A DNA stretch of 36,596 nucleotides, taken from Thainema sp. Its GTDB lineage: Bacteria; Cyanobacteriota; Cyanobacteriia; Phormidesmidales; Phormidesmidaceae. How positions within the stretch are numbered: the stretch's first letter is position 1; each line of letters starts with the position of its first letter. The position numbers and the translations under genes are program-made. Of the stretch, positions 16,548 to 27,842 are shown in pieces. A model generated the notes under the pieces. It ran no database searches. It was not told the origin of the DNA and saw only the letters and a program-made list of their open reading frames with translations. The DNA lies in the NCBI GenBank assembly GCA_052168235.1, contig JBQLZK010000068.1:1-36596 (forward strand). The letters are read 5' to 3'.

Positions 16548-18269
16548 TTAATAGTAATTACCCATTTTGCGATGGTGGACTGCGGTGCGAGCTTCTTGGT
16601 CGGAAACCTTACCGTCCTTAGCCACGCAATACACAATCCAGTGGTCACTGGTTTCCATGCGGCTGGCGACTTCGCATTCCAGGTAGGCCAGTGCGTCAGC
16701 CAGAATGGGTGAACCGTTTTCAGCCGTATAGGTTTTCACACCTTCAAAACGGTCAGCACCAGGCGCAAATCGCTTGAGGAAGTGCTTCATCAGGCCCAGG
16801 TGATTGCCTTCTTCCAAGATGTTGAGCACAAACGTATCGCCCACCTGCATCAGCGATTCGATCGCTCGGTCTTTGGCGACAGCCACCGTGAAGCCTAGTG
16901 GCTTGAAGCTGGCCTGAGATACCCATGAAGCTACCATCGCACCTTTCACCTGGTCACGTCCAGCAGTGATGATATACAGACCGCTGCTGATTCGGCCCAG
17001 GGCTTTTTCTAGATCCGCGTCAATGGATTTGACCTTTTTGATTTTGCGATCGCGGGTCATTTCCTGGCCGAGGTCAGTCCCCGCTTCATCGCAGACTTGG
17101 TAAATGTATTCGGTTGGCACGTCTTTGATCCGAATCGGATCAAATCCCGGTGTCAGATCCAGTTCCCGCAGCTTGTTCATCATCGGGTCAACGGGTTCGT
17201 CGTCGCCGCCGTAGGACTCGAATAGGCCGAAGAACTGCTTATCTTTGACCGCAGCTAGAATCGTGCTTAACGCCGCTTGGGCCGCAGTGGCATTCGTGGG
17301 CGGCATGCCGATGACGACACCCTGAACGCGACCGACCAGTTCCTGGACTTCCTGCGGATCGGCGGAACGCAGGTCTTCCATTTCAACCGCGACGCCCGTT
17401 TTGCTGATGCCGCGTGCGATGGCCTGAGAAATGCGATCGCTGTAGCCATAGTCGGACACGTAGAAGACAGCAACGGTGGTTTCAGACTTGGCTTTGGCCT
17501 GACTCCACTCGCGGTAGCGACCCACTAGCTCATCGACGTTGTGCTGCAAGATAGGGCCGTGACCAACGGCGATGGTGGTAATCGGTGCATCTAGCTTGTC
17601 CATCCGCTTGAGGGCAGACAGCACCGACCGCGCATTGGGAGCCATCAGGCACTCGTAGTAGAAGCGGAAGTCCGGTGACATCGCCTCTAGGTCAACATCC
17701 AGCAGATCGTCGGTGCAGTAGTGCAGACCAAAGGCGTCGCAGGTGTAGAGAATCTGGGTGCCGTGGTCGTAGGTGAAGGCGGTATCGGGCCAGTGCAGAT
17801 TGGGCGCGATGATGAACTCCAGTTCGTGGCTGTTGCCCAAGTCGAGCTTGTCGCCGCCTTTGACGATTTCTTGCTTGAAGGGCTGATTGACCAACTCTTC
17901 GAGGAATTGAATCGCAACTTTGGAACCAACAACGGTCACGTTGGGAGCAAGCTCCAGAACGTCTTTCACCAGACCGCTGTGATCGGGTTCGGTGTGGCTG
18001 ATCACCAAGTAATCAATTTCGGCGGGATCAATCTGCTCTTGCAGAGTCGCCAGATAAAGATCTCGAAACTTTTCGTGGGAGGTGTCTACCAGCGCCACCT
18101 TATCGCCGCGAATGATAAACGAGTTGTAGGTGGTGCCGTTCTGTAGCCCAAACTCGATATCAAAGCGATCGCGATCCCAGTCGAGGGAGCGAATCGCGGT
18201 GGTGTCGGTGGCAAGCTCGGCCACCTGCATTGTCAGGCGACTCTGTTTCGGCTCGGCAACAGCAACCAT
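16548..18269 (-). CDS. flv3: Flavodiiron protein, Flv3-type (canonical diiron ligands)
   Basis: RSLDWDRDRFDIEFGLQNGTTYNS, SHTEPDHSG, PNLHWPDT, CDAFGLH, flavodoxin and flavin reductase domains, ending HHRKMGNYY. Confidence 0.92.
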   Translation of the reverse strand: MVAVAEPKQSRLTMQVAELATDTTAIRSLDWDRDRFDIEFGLQNGTTYNSFIIRGDKVALVDTSHEKFRDLYLATLQEQIDPAEIDYLVISHTEPDHSGLVKDVLELAPNVTVVGSKVAIQFLEELVNQPFKQEIVKGGDKLDLGNSHELEFIIAPNLHWPDTAFTYDHGTQILYTCDAFGLHYCTDDLLDVDLEAMSPDFRFYYECLMAPNARSVLSALKRMDKLDAPITTIAVGHGPILQHNVDELVGRYREWSQAKAKSETTVAVFYVSDYGYSDRISQAIARGISKTGVAVEMEDLRSADPQEVQELVGRVQGVVIGMPPTNATAAQAALSTILAAVKDKQFFGLFESYGGDDEPVDPMMNKLRELDLTPGFDPIRIKDVPTEYIYQVCDEAGTDLGQEMTRDRKIKKVKSIDADLEKALGRISSGLYIITAGRDQVKGAMVASWVSQASFKPLGFTVAVAKDRAIESLMQVGDTFVLNILEEGNHLGLMKHFLKRFAPGADRFEGVKTYTAENGSPILADALAYLECEVASRMETSDHWIVYCVAKDGKVSDQEARTAVHHRKMGNYY

Positions 18270-18445
18270 AAGGGTTCCTCCTTACTCGTTTATCTCAATC
18301 GTTGGAATAGATTGTTAAGAATTTTTACCTATATCTGTCTCTATGATGCCGTAAATCCCGCATTCCTAACAGTCACTATTGGTTTAGATCCCGGTTCGGC
18401 TCGATTAGTTTGCTTTATCTCTTTGATTAATCTCAGACCCAATCA

Positions 18446-18486
18446 AAAAGCAGGTATCCGACGCAATGCGCTCGATACCTGCCTTT
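18446..18486 (-). terminator. Probable terminator hairpin downstream of mscS
   Basis: GCAGGTATC..GATACCTGC stem with an A-run on the left (U-tract on the - strand). Confidence 0.6.
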
Positions 18487-18541
18487 AACTTCATTTTGGA
18501 GAAAAATAGTTTTGAGGCCAATCGCCTGAGGACAGCGAAAA

Positions 18542-19654
18542 TCAAGAACCGGATTCTTCTAGAAAAGCATAAGGATGGCTGATGTCGTGTCCGTTCGTTT
18601 GAGCGACGTCTGTACGTACATAAAGCTGACGAGTGGGATAGGCAAACTCAATCTGATGCTGTTCAAACGCAGCTTTGAGCGCCAGATTAATCTCCTGCTG
18701 AGCATCCATATAGATCTTGTAGTCGTTGCTCAGAACGTAATAGGCCATCTCAAAATTGAGGCTAGATTCGGCATATCCGGCAAAGTGAGCCCGTTCAAAC
18801 ACGGCATTTTCCGTTCGCTCGACAATATCTTGAATCATCTGGGGAATTTGCTTGAGTAGTTCTACCGGGGTTTGGTAAATCACGCCAAATTTGGTGATAA
18901 TTCGGCGACCCTCCATACGCTTGAAGTTGCGAATGCGCGATCCGGTGATGTCGGTGTTCGCAAAAACAATTTCTTCGCCGCCCAAGCTGCGAACGCGCGT
19001 GGTTTTGATACCAACGCTTTCCACCGTGCCCATTAGATCCCCAACGATGATGAAATCGCCAATTTCAAACGGCTGGTCAAACAAAATCGAAAAATAGCTG
19101 AATAAGTCCTGTAAGACTCCTTGCGAGGCAAGTGCGATCGCAACTCCACCAATCCCCAAACTGGCCACCACGGCAGAGATATCAAAGCCCAGGTTATCCA
19201 GCAAAAAGACAATGCCTATCGCCCAGATCACAACTTTGATGGCGGGAATTAAAGCGCCCATGCTTTTTTGCAGACCCGCATCGGCGTCCTTGGATACTAG
19301 ATAGATCCGCACGCCGTACTCCATCAGTGCCCCCAGCAGCCGAATCGCGAGTACCGTAGCGGCAATCAGAATGACGATATCAATTGACTTTTCGATGGCG
19401 GGTCGCAGTTCCAGGTCACGCAAACTCAGGTGAAACGTGCCCAGATACAGGAGAAACGTGACTGGTTTTTCCAGAATGCGGATCAGGCGGTCATCCAAAT
19501 CGGTGGTTGTGCGCCGGGCCCAGCGCTTCAGTCGATACACCACGCAGGTTCGCACCAACAGAATGATCGTGATACCAATCCCAAATGTGCCTAAGGCAAT
19601 CAAATAAGTTGCCAGTGAATTACCCAATATTTCTACCTGTAAAAACTCGCTCAT
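18542..19654 (-). CDS. MscS-family mechanosensitive channel
   Basis: ASLGIGGVAIALASQ, DQPFEIGDFI, GTVESVGIKTTRVRSLGGE, IEFAYPT. Confidence 0.95.
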   Translation of the reverse strand: MSEFLQVEILGNSLATYLIALGTFGIGITIILLVRTCVVYRLKRWARRTTTDLDDRLIRILEKPVTFLLYLGTFHLSLRDLELRPAIEKSIDIVILIAATVLAIRLLGALMEYGVRIYLVSKDADAGLQKSMGALIPAIKVVIWAIGIVFLLDNLGFDISAVVASLGIGGVAIALASQGVLQDLFSYFSILFDQPFEIGDFIIVGDLMGTVESVGIKTTRVRSLGGEEIVFANTDITGSRIRNFKRMEGRRIITKFGVIYQTPVELLKQIPQMIQDIVERTENAVFERAHFAGYAESSLNFEMAYYVLSNDYKIYMDAQQEINLALKAAFEQHQIEFAYPTRQLYVRTDVAQTNGHDISHPYAFLEESGS

Positions 19655-20088
19655 CGTGAACTCCTAACATCACGTCCATATCTGGGAATTGAAGTTATGC
19701 TTTGCAAAATGCTCTGAGCCAGCATTTCACAAAAACTCGGCTCTCAACCGGACTTTCTATACTCACCATTACTGATGATTATCAAAACTTGCGCCTACTT
19801 TTCCCAAAAGGGAGTGGTATCTTGCAGCTAAATTCGGTATGAGTGACCGTAGAACTAACACAATTAGTTCCCATAAGTAGGTTGGCATCAAATAAACGTG
19901 TATAAAAACAGCGGAGTACTCTTCTCCCGTTTTACGAGATGCCGCTATTGGTATGTAGCTATGAGCTTGCTCAGTATTGCCGCAGCCAAATTTCCGCTCT
20001 AGGAGGTATTGTCAAATCTACTGAATTTTGGATTTAACCACCTCGGCAGAACAATCCCTGTGGCAGAATTAATGGGTTAATTCGGTGA

Positions 20089-21756
<1,668 letters not shown>

Positions 21757-21775
21757 TAGCCTGTGAAAGTTAGAG

Positions 21776-21840
21776 ATGAGGGGTAGAAGAATTTTGAAAA
21801 TATTGCGTCGCAATATTTTCAAAATTCTTCTACCCCTCAT
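21776..21840. repeat. Perfect 32-bp inverted repeat with 1-nt spacer
   Basis: ATGAGGGGTAGAAGAATTTTGAAAATATTGCG-T-CGCAATATTTTCAAAATTCTTCTACCCCTCAT. Confidence 0.95.
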
Positions 21841-22061
21841 AACACACTTGACAAAGCACTAGATGTGGATGGAGCTTTGACTGATGCCAATGCGATCGCT
21901 GCCATCGCGACGCTTGGTCAAGCTACAAGCTGAGGTCATCGGCTGAGCTGGGTTGGTCGTAACTTTTGCATCAGACAGCGGATCTACACGAGATCTTTCG
22001 TTCAGTTTGGGCCTTGACCTGATTGAATAAGGAAGACGTTATTAAGATTCGTAGACCATTC

Positions 22062-23600
22062 ATGACTGAGACGGCTCTCCCTTCTTTAATCCAGCAGATG
22101 ATGCAGCCTGAGTTTTATCCCCATGCGGTGACCGAAACTCCGATTCGGCTGCTGCAGACCCATGTGTCCTACGTGTTGCTGACCGGGGAGTATGCCTACA
22201 AGCTGAAAAAGCCCGTCAACTTTGGCTTTCTCGACTACTCCACCCTGGAAAAGCGGCATCACTTCTGTCAGGAAGAAATTCGGCTCAATCAGCGGGCGGC
22301 GGCTGAACTGTATCTGGACGTTATCCCGATTACGCAAGCGGAAGACCAGTATCAGCTCAATGGCGATGGTGAACCCGTGGAATATGCGGTCAAGATGGTG
22401 CAGTTTCCCCAGGCGGCGCTACTGACTGAGGTGTTTGACCGGGGAGAACTAACTGAGTCGCTGCTGGAGCGGTTGGCAGGTGCGATCGCAGATTTCCATC
22501 TCAGCGCGCCAACCAGTGACGAAGTGCGCTCCTATGGTGAAATTCCGGCGATTCGACAGTCGATTGACGAGAACTACGATCAGACGGTGCAGTATATCGG
22601 CGGGCCGCAGACGCAGCAGCAGTTCGACGAGACAAAGGCGTATACCGATCAGTTCTTTGCTGAGCAGGCGGAACTCTTTCAGCAGCGGCGGGAGCAGGGC
22701 TGGATTCGTGAGTGCCACGGTGATTTGCACTTGCGGAATATTTGTCTGTGGCAGGACAAGCTGTATTTGTTTGACTGTATTGAGTTCAATAAACCCTTCC
22801 GCTTTGTCGATGTTATGTTCGACATTGCCTACATTGTGATGGATCTGCACGCCCGCGATCGCGCTGACCTCAGCACCGTTTTCCTCAATGCCTATGTGGA
22901 GCGCACGGGAGACTGGTCAGGGTTGCAGGTTTTGCCGCTCTACGTCAGCCGTCAGTCCTACGTGCGGGCTAAGGTGACTTCCTTCTTGCTGGGCGATCCG
23001 TCCATTCCAGAAGCAGAAAAAGCCGACATTGAGCAGAATGCGGCTCTCTACTATCGGCTGGCGTGGCAGATGGCGCAGCCGACGCAGGGGCAGCTATTTG
23101 TGATGGCGGGTCTGTCCGGCTCCGGCAAAACGACAACGGCCCGACAGCTGGCGAAGCTGGCCCAAGCGATTCACATTCGTTCTGATGCGGTTCGCAAGCA
23201 TCTCGGCGGCATTCCGCTGAATCAGCGGGGGGGAGATGAGCTGTACACGCCGGAAATGAATGAGAAAACCTACAGTCGGCTGCTGGAGCTGGGGTTAACG
23301 CTGGCCTACCAAGGCTACAAGGTGATTCTGGATGCCAAGTATGACCGCGTCGAACGGCGGCAGGAGGTGATCGAACAGGCCAAAGGACACGACATCTCGC
23401 TCACGTTTGTCTACTGTGATGCGCCAGCCGAGGTACTGCGCGATCGCATTCAGCAGCGCACAGGCGATATCGCCGATGCCACCGTGGATGTGCTGGCCAA
23501 GCAGCACTTCGAACCGTTTACGGATACAGAAAAGACCTACGTAAAAACAGTGCAAACAACCGCAGATGTTAACTCGCAGTTGCGTACTGTTGCTGAATGA
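22062..23600 (+). CDS. Bifunctional APH-like phosphotransferase / P-loop (AAA_33, gluconate-kinase-like) protein
   Basis: QTHVSYV, AYKLKKPVNFGFLDYS, ECHGDLHLRNI, DCIEF, and GLSGSGKTT; ATG 22062 preferred over TTG 22023. Confidence 0.9.
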   Translation: MTETALPSLIQQMMQPEFYPHAVTETPIRLLQTHVSYVLLTGEYAYKLKKPVNFGFLDYSTLEKRHHFCQEEIRLNQRAAAELYLDVIPITQAEDQYQLNGDGEPVEYAVKMVQFPQAALLTEVFDRGELTESLLERLAGAIADFHLSAPTSDEVRSYGEIPAIRQSIDENYDQTVQYIGGPQTQQQFDETKAYTDQFFAEQAELFQQRREQGWIRECHGDLHLRNICLWQDKLYLFDCIEFNKPFRFVDVMFDIAYIVMDLHARDRADLSTVFLNAYVERTGDWSGLQVLPLYVSRQSYVRAKVTSFLLGDPSIPEAEKADIEQNAALYYRLAWQMAQPTQGQLFVMAGLSGSGKTTTARQLAKLAQAIHIRSDAVRKHLGGIPLNQRGGDELYTPEMNEKTYSRLLELGLTLAYQGYKVILDAKYDRVERRQEVIEQAKGHDISLTFVYCDAPAEVLRDRIQQRTGDIADATVDVLAKQHFEPFTDTEKTYVKTVQTTADVNSQLRTVAE

Positions 23601-23606
23601 CACCTG

Positions 23607-23634
23607 GTAGGGGCGAATGGCCATTCGCCCCTAC
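23607..23634. repeat. REP-like perfect palindrome GTAGGGGCGAATGGCCATTCGCCCCTAC
   Basis: 28-nt perfect palindrome with GTAG/CTAC ends, between convergent stops. Confidence 0.9.
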
Positions 23635-23661
23635 GTAACAACATCTTCGCTCCTACGTAAC

Positions 23662-24360
23662 TTAACGTCGTGACTGTGGCCCTGCCCAAAGATGGTGCAC
23701 AATTTCGCCGTGAATGGTGGGCTGATCGTCCGGCGCAGGAAACGTATCGCCAGATGCGTCAACCGTCCAATACAGCCAGTCCTCGTCGCCCATCATGCCC
23801 GTTTTGAACAGAATGCGGGTTGGATTTGCTTGGCTCCAGCCCAGCAGAATGGCGTGGTTATACTCCATACCAGCAGGCGATAGGGTGTAGCTGCGCTGCT
23901 CGTTGCAGTCCCATACAACGGCATAGTCGGAGGCAATGTCACTGCCGAAAATGGACTCAAATTCGCGCGCCAGTACCCGCTCACTATCCACTGACCAGGA
24001 GATGGGAACTACAATTGCGATCGCACCAGGGGGAGTAGCGGCTGCATCTGAAAAAGGCTGGCCAAACAGCGGCGATGTAATATTGATGGTTTGCAGATTG
24101 CCAGTTTCGAGATTTTCAATGAACAGCATACTGCTGACTCGATGCCGCGTTGTATTGGCAGCTAGATGAAGCTGAATGCGGCTGTAGGCAGCGTAGCGCT
24201 GATTGGGAGAACGCAGCGACTGGCTGCGGTAGAACCGATTGATTGATTCGGTGTCAGTGAGCTGTTCGGTGGTAAACTCCGTTTGGTTTGCCACCACCCA
24301 ATTCCAGGGAATCGGATGAGGACTGTTTAACGGGTCAATCTGAACGGGATGACGATCCAT
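23662..24360 (-). CDS. Hypothetical protein (beta-rich, possibly propeller-like)
   Basis: 232-aa ORF filling the gap; DPLNSPHPIPWNW, SPNQRYAAYSR, PISWS and LLGWS motifs. Confidence 0.75.
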   Translation of the reverse strand: MDRHPVQIDPLNSPHPIPWNWVVANQTEFTTEQLTDTESINRFYRSQSLRSPNQRYAAYSRIQLHLAANTTRHRVSSMLFIENLETGNLQTINITSPLFGQPFSDAAATPPGAIAIVVPISWSVDSERVLAREFESIFGSDIASDYAVVWDCNEQRSYTLSPAGMEYNHAILLGWSQANPTRILFKTGMMGDEDWLYWTVDASGDTFPAPDDQPTIHGEIVHHLWAGPQSRR

Positions 24361-24567
24361 GAGGGCAGGCTGTAAATGAGGTGAATGACGAGATAATCTA
24401 TCTCCATGTATAGCAAGATCCCCTACACACGGCAGAATTCCTTAATAGCCTGCAATCTTCGGGCTTTGTCATGAAATTTAGTCATTTCTGATTCTTGATG
24501 ATCTGGTAAGCCCAGAGCATGATGACTGGAATATCACCATTGGTCTTTAAAGAGGCACAAACAACGC

Positions 24568-25764
24568 GTGAATGCCATTCGGACGTATACCCAAATTGAC
24601 CAGGCGCAGCGCTGGCTTGATCGCTACCGTGGCCAACCGCCCCTTTTTGCCTGCATTTTAGGGTTTACGGCGACAGGTTTGCTGCCCGGAATTTCCGCTG
24701 CTGGGGCCACCCCGGCAGATCGGGAATACACCGCGATCGCAGATGCCGAGTTTTTGGTTGATGGCTGTACGCCCCAGCCCAAGCGGCCTCTGCCGCCGCT
24801 CCAGGCAGGGGCGTCTCCGGTGTATATTTCACGCGCTGTCTTGGCTGCACAGCAGATTCCGATTCGGGTATTTAATGCGGGGTTACTTCATCCACCAACT
24901 GTTCCCTGCGTCGATTTGGGTGGGCAAGCGGCTGGTTGCGTAACCACAGGTGAGGCGATGTCGCTAGCAACGGTGCAGCATTTGCTAGAGCAAGGAATGG
25001 ACTGGGGGAAACGGCTGGCAGAAACGGCATCCTATCTGATTTTGGGCGAATGCGTGGTCGGCGGCACAACGACAGCTCTGGCCGTGCTGACTGGGCTTGG
25101 CATTCCAGCCTGGGACAAGGTCAACAGCAGTCACGTGACGTGTAATCATAATCAAAAGCGCCAAGTCGTGGAAGCAGGCTTGCGTCAATTTGCAACGCGA
25201 TATGAGACAGCAAGTGCGATCGCAAATCTTTCCCCTCAGGTGACTATTCACCCCCCATCCTCTCACGCACCATCAACTATTAACTCTCTTCCCAATCCCC
25301 TCGCCCTCGTCGCCGCCATCGGTGATCCCATGCAGGTAGTCGTGGCCGGAATGGTGCTGACTGCCAGTCAAACCAGCGGGGTACTGCTAGCTGGCGGAAC
25401 GCAGATGCTAGCGGTGTATGTTCTGGCTCGTGCGATCGCAACTTATCACCACCAACCCTGGCAACCGGAAAACGTGGTAGTTGGGACAACGCGCTGGGTA
25501 GCAGAAGACCCGACAGGAGATACGGTGGGACTGACGCAGCTAGTGGGCGATGTGCCTTTGCTGGCAACGGGTTTGAGCTTTGAGTCGTCGCGCCATCCTC
25601 AGCTACAAGCCTATGAGCAGGGGTACGTCAAGGAAGGTGTGGGCGCAGGCGGATGTGCGATCGCGAGTTCTCTCTACGGTAACTGGTCGCTGAGCCAGCT
25701 GCAGGCCGAAATCGAAGCCTTAATTGATCAGCAAATTCAGGTTAGTCGTCAAAGGGACAGTTAG
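24568..25764 (+). CDS. cobT: Nicotinate-mononucleotide-dependent phosphoribosyltransferase, CobT-like (cyanobacterial/archaeal type)
   Basis: PGISAAG, GECVVGGTTTALAVL, GDPMQ, LLAGGTQM, GTTRWV, GYVKEGVGAGG. Confidence 0.85.
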   Translation: MNAIRTYTQIDQAQRWLDRYRGQPPLFACILGFTATGLLPGISAAGATPADREYTAIADAEFLVDGCTPQPKRPLPPLQAGASPVYISRAVLAAQQIPIRVFNAGLLHPPTVPCVDLGGQAAGCVTTGEAMSLATVQHLLEQGMDWGKRLAETASYLILGECVVGGTTTALAVLTGLGIPAWDKVNSSHVTCNHNQKRQVVEAGLRQFATRYETASAIANLSPQVTIHPPSSHAPSTINSLPNPLALVAAIGDPMQVVVAGMVLTASQTSGVLLAGGTQMLAVYVLARAIATYHHQPWQPENVVVGTTRWVAEDPTGDTVGLTQLVGDVPLLATGLSFESSRHPQLQAYEQGYVKEGVGAGGCAIASSLYGNWSLSQLQAEIEALIDQQIQVSRQRDS

Positions 25765-25770
25765 GCTTGA

Positions 25771-25879
25771 CCTAAGAAACGTGGGCGGATTTAATAAGCG
25801 AGATCTTTGGTTAGGGACACGGCGTTGCCGTGTCCCTACGGATGGAACGGTTTACAGGCTATTTAATCCACAATTCTAA
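25771..25879. mobile_element. MITE/REPIN-like element of about 109 bp, copy 1
   Basis: Central hairpin TAGGGACACGGC-3nt-GCCGTGTCCCTA, imperfect terminal inverted repeats; aligns along its length with 29440-29545. Confidence 0.65.
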
Positions 25880-25925
25880 CCATCCCTTTGACAGGAATTT
25901 ATGCGGTTCTGTTCTAGATCTGTGT

Positions 25926-25972
25926 TGGGTGGTTGTGGAGGGCGCGCTCAGCGCGCCCTCCACAACCACCCA
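25926..25972. repeat. Perfect 23-bp inverted repeat with 1-nt spacer
   Basis: TGGGTGGTTGTGGAGGGCGCGCT-C-AGCGCGCCCTCCACAACCACCCA. Confidence 0.95.
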
Positions 25973-25993
25973 TAGGTTTGAAACACTACTAAT

Positions 25994-26764
25994 TTACGCC
26001 ACTGGATGAAGCTGAAGTTCAACGGGGTGTCCAGCCTGCGGCTCAATGATCTGCGCTTCAATTTGTTGCGCGGCCAACTGCTGACGAAATTCCTCTGGAC
26101 TACCGATTGTTTTCAACATAGAGTCCAGAATGCCTTCGTACTCCACATCTCCCCCCACAGCGGTTGGCAAAATCACCTGTGGTTTGAGGTACTTCACAAC
26201 ATCGATGGCTGTTTTATGTCCTTGAATAATTGCTCCGACCAGGGGCAATTCCAGATTCGCCAGCGGATGAATCAAGACATCAACTGGGGCATAGTCTTGC
26301 ACATTTTCAGCGTAGAAACCGTGCGGTTCATAATACAGTTTGGTGTCGGTCTGCAAATCGCAAATGATGTAAGCATTTTCCCGCTGCAGACCAATCGGCG
26401 CACCTGGTAGCGCTCGAATACTCAGCCGATCATCAAACTGATAGGCTTGTCCATGTTCCATCGTCGTGACATCAGTATAGTTAAGCTGTTTTGCCACCTT
26501 GGCCCCGCTAGGAGATGCAATGACGGGAATATTGCGGTCAAGCTGCTTTAGTGTCGGCACATGGGCATGATCCGGTAATCCTTGGGACAGCAAAATTAGG
26601 TCAAACTGATCGGGAATACCGGGATTTTGCTGCCGATAGCCCCGGAAAAACCAGGACTGATTGCCAAATACCAAATCGCCAACCAGCCACGGATCGAGCA
26701 GGATGCGGGTATGCCCCAGATCAATTAGCCAGCTATTTGCCCCGTAGTATGTCAACTTCATCAT
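25994..26764 (-). CDS. Metallo-beta-lactamase-fold protein
   Basis: ANSWLI, ILLDPWL, LLSQGLPDHAH, ENAY, YYEPHG. Confidence 0.88.
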   Translation of the reverse strand: MMKLTYYGANSWLIDLGHTRILLDPWLVGDLVFGNQSWFFRGYRQQNPGIPDQFDLILLSQGLPDHAHVPTLKQLDRNIPVIASPSGAKVAKQLNYTDVTTMEHGQAYQFDDRLSIRALPGAPIGLQRENAYIICDLQTDTKLYYEPHGFYAENVQDYAPVDVLIHPLANLELPLVGAIIQGHKTAIDVVKYLKPQVILPTAVGGDVEYEGILDSMLKTIGSPEEFRQQLAAQQIEAQIIEPQAGHPVELQLHPVA

Positions 26765-26843
26765 CGCGTTTCTCTTTGTCCCGTTGTTCTGCGTTTATTG
26801 CTCTGCGTCTAATGGTGAATATAGCAAGCTTCAGTTTGAACTA

Positions 26844-26900
26844 AACCCAGAAGAGGAATTTTGCCGCCGCAACGCGGCGGCAAAATTCCTCTTCTGGGTT
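26844..26900. repeat. Perfect 27-bp inverted repeat with 3-nt loop
   Basis: AACCCAGAAGAGGAATTTTGCCGCCGC-AAC-GCGGCGGCAAAATTCCTCTTCTGGGTT, followed by GCAAGGTGCAAGATGTGAGT. Confidence 0.95.
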
Positions 26901-26994
26901 CTTGATTTGCAAGGTGCAAGATGTGAGTAGCCCTAGTTTGCACAACTCGTATAAGTCCTAAACTAGGGTGGTACTATTGATGCGTTTTGGTGCT

Positions 26995-27786
26995 ATGCCC
27001 CTGTCACTGAACTTATTCTCTCAAGCTGGACTGCAATCCTCGTGGTGGATTGCGCTGGGATTAAATACGGTTTTAGCTGCGATCGCAGTTTTGGCTCCGA
27101 AAAAGCTGCTGACGCCGATGGGGCTGCTTCATGCTTGGTTTTTGGGCGTGGTAATTCTCGGCATTCTCGGCTGGTCGGGCTATGCGGTGGTGATGTTTTA
27201 CTTTCTGGTTGGGTCGGGCGTGACGCGGATTGGTTTGGCCGAAAAAGAGGCAGCGGGCATTGCCGAGAAGCGATCTGGCGCACGAGGGCCAGAAAATGTC
27301 TGGGGTTCAGCATTGACGGGTTTGCTCTGTGCAGTGGGAATTGGCTTGATTACTCTGGCTCAGTGGCCAAATGAACCGTGGACGAGCTGGCTGGCGCTGG
27401 GCTACGTGGCGAGCTTTAGCACCAAGCTTTCGGATACCTGCGCCAGTGAAATTGGCAAAGCCTACGGTAAGCACACGTTTCTGATCACCACGCTGAAGCC
27501 CGTTCCGGCGGGGACAGAGGGTGCTGTGAGTTTAGAGGGAACGCTGGCCGGGGTAATTGGATCGGCTGCGATCGCAACTGTCGGTTGGGCAACTGGACTA
27601 ATCGACGGCTGGGGCATCTTGATCTGCGTACTAGCGGCCTTTGTTGGCACGAATGCTGAAAGCGTGATTGGCGCAACGCTACAAGAGCAGTGGGATTGGC
27701 TCACCAACGAAATGGTGAATTTTCTAAATACGCTGATTGGGGCTGTCGTTGCCGTACTGGTTGCCGCATTAATCTGGAGCGCTTAA
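26995..27786 (+). CDS. DUF92/TMEM19-family membrane protein (VTE6 phytyl-phosphate-kinase-like)
   Basis: GIAEKRSGARGPENVWGS, KLSDTCASEIGKAYG, GTEGAVSLEGT, ESVIGATLQ; the start could be 26968, 26980 or 26995. Confidence 0.88.
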   Translation: MPLSLNLFSQAGLQSSWWIALGLNTVLAAIAVLAPKKLLTPMGLLHAWFLGVVILGILGWSGYAVVMFYFLVGSGVTRIGLAEKEAAGIAEKRSGARGPENVWGSALTGLLCAVGIGLITLAQWPNEPWTSWLALGYVASFSTKLSDTCASEIGKAYGKHTFLITTLKPVPAGTEGAVSLEGTLAGVIGSAAIATVGWATGLIDGWGILICVLAAFVGTNAESVIGATLQEQWDWLTNEMVNFLNTLIGAVVAVLVAALIWSA

Positions 27787-27842
27787 ACCAACCAATTCTT
27801 CAAAGTTCCTCACTCTGCGGGACTATCCCTTATGCCCTCTGT

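Noticed and set aside
14473..18146. Numerous 60-140-aa antisense and alternative-frame ORFs over flv1/flv3 (and similarly over pyrG, the kinase and mscS)
   Set aside because: They are expected by-products of GC-rich codon usage in well-supported genes.
18312..18331. Possible RpaB HLR1-like direct repeat upstream of flv3
   Set aside because: Several mismatches in both half-sites; not distinguishable from AT-rich background.
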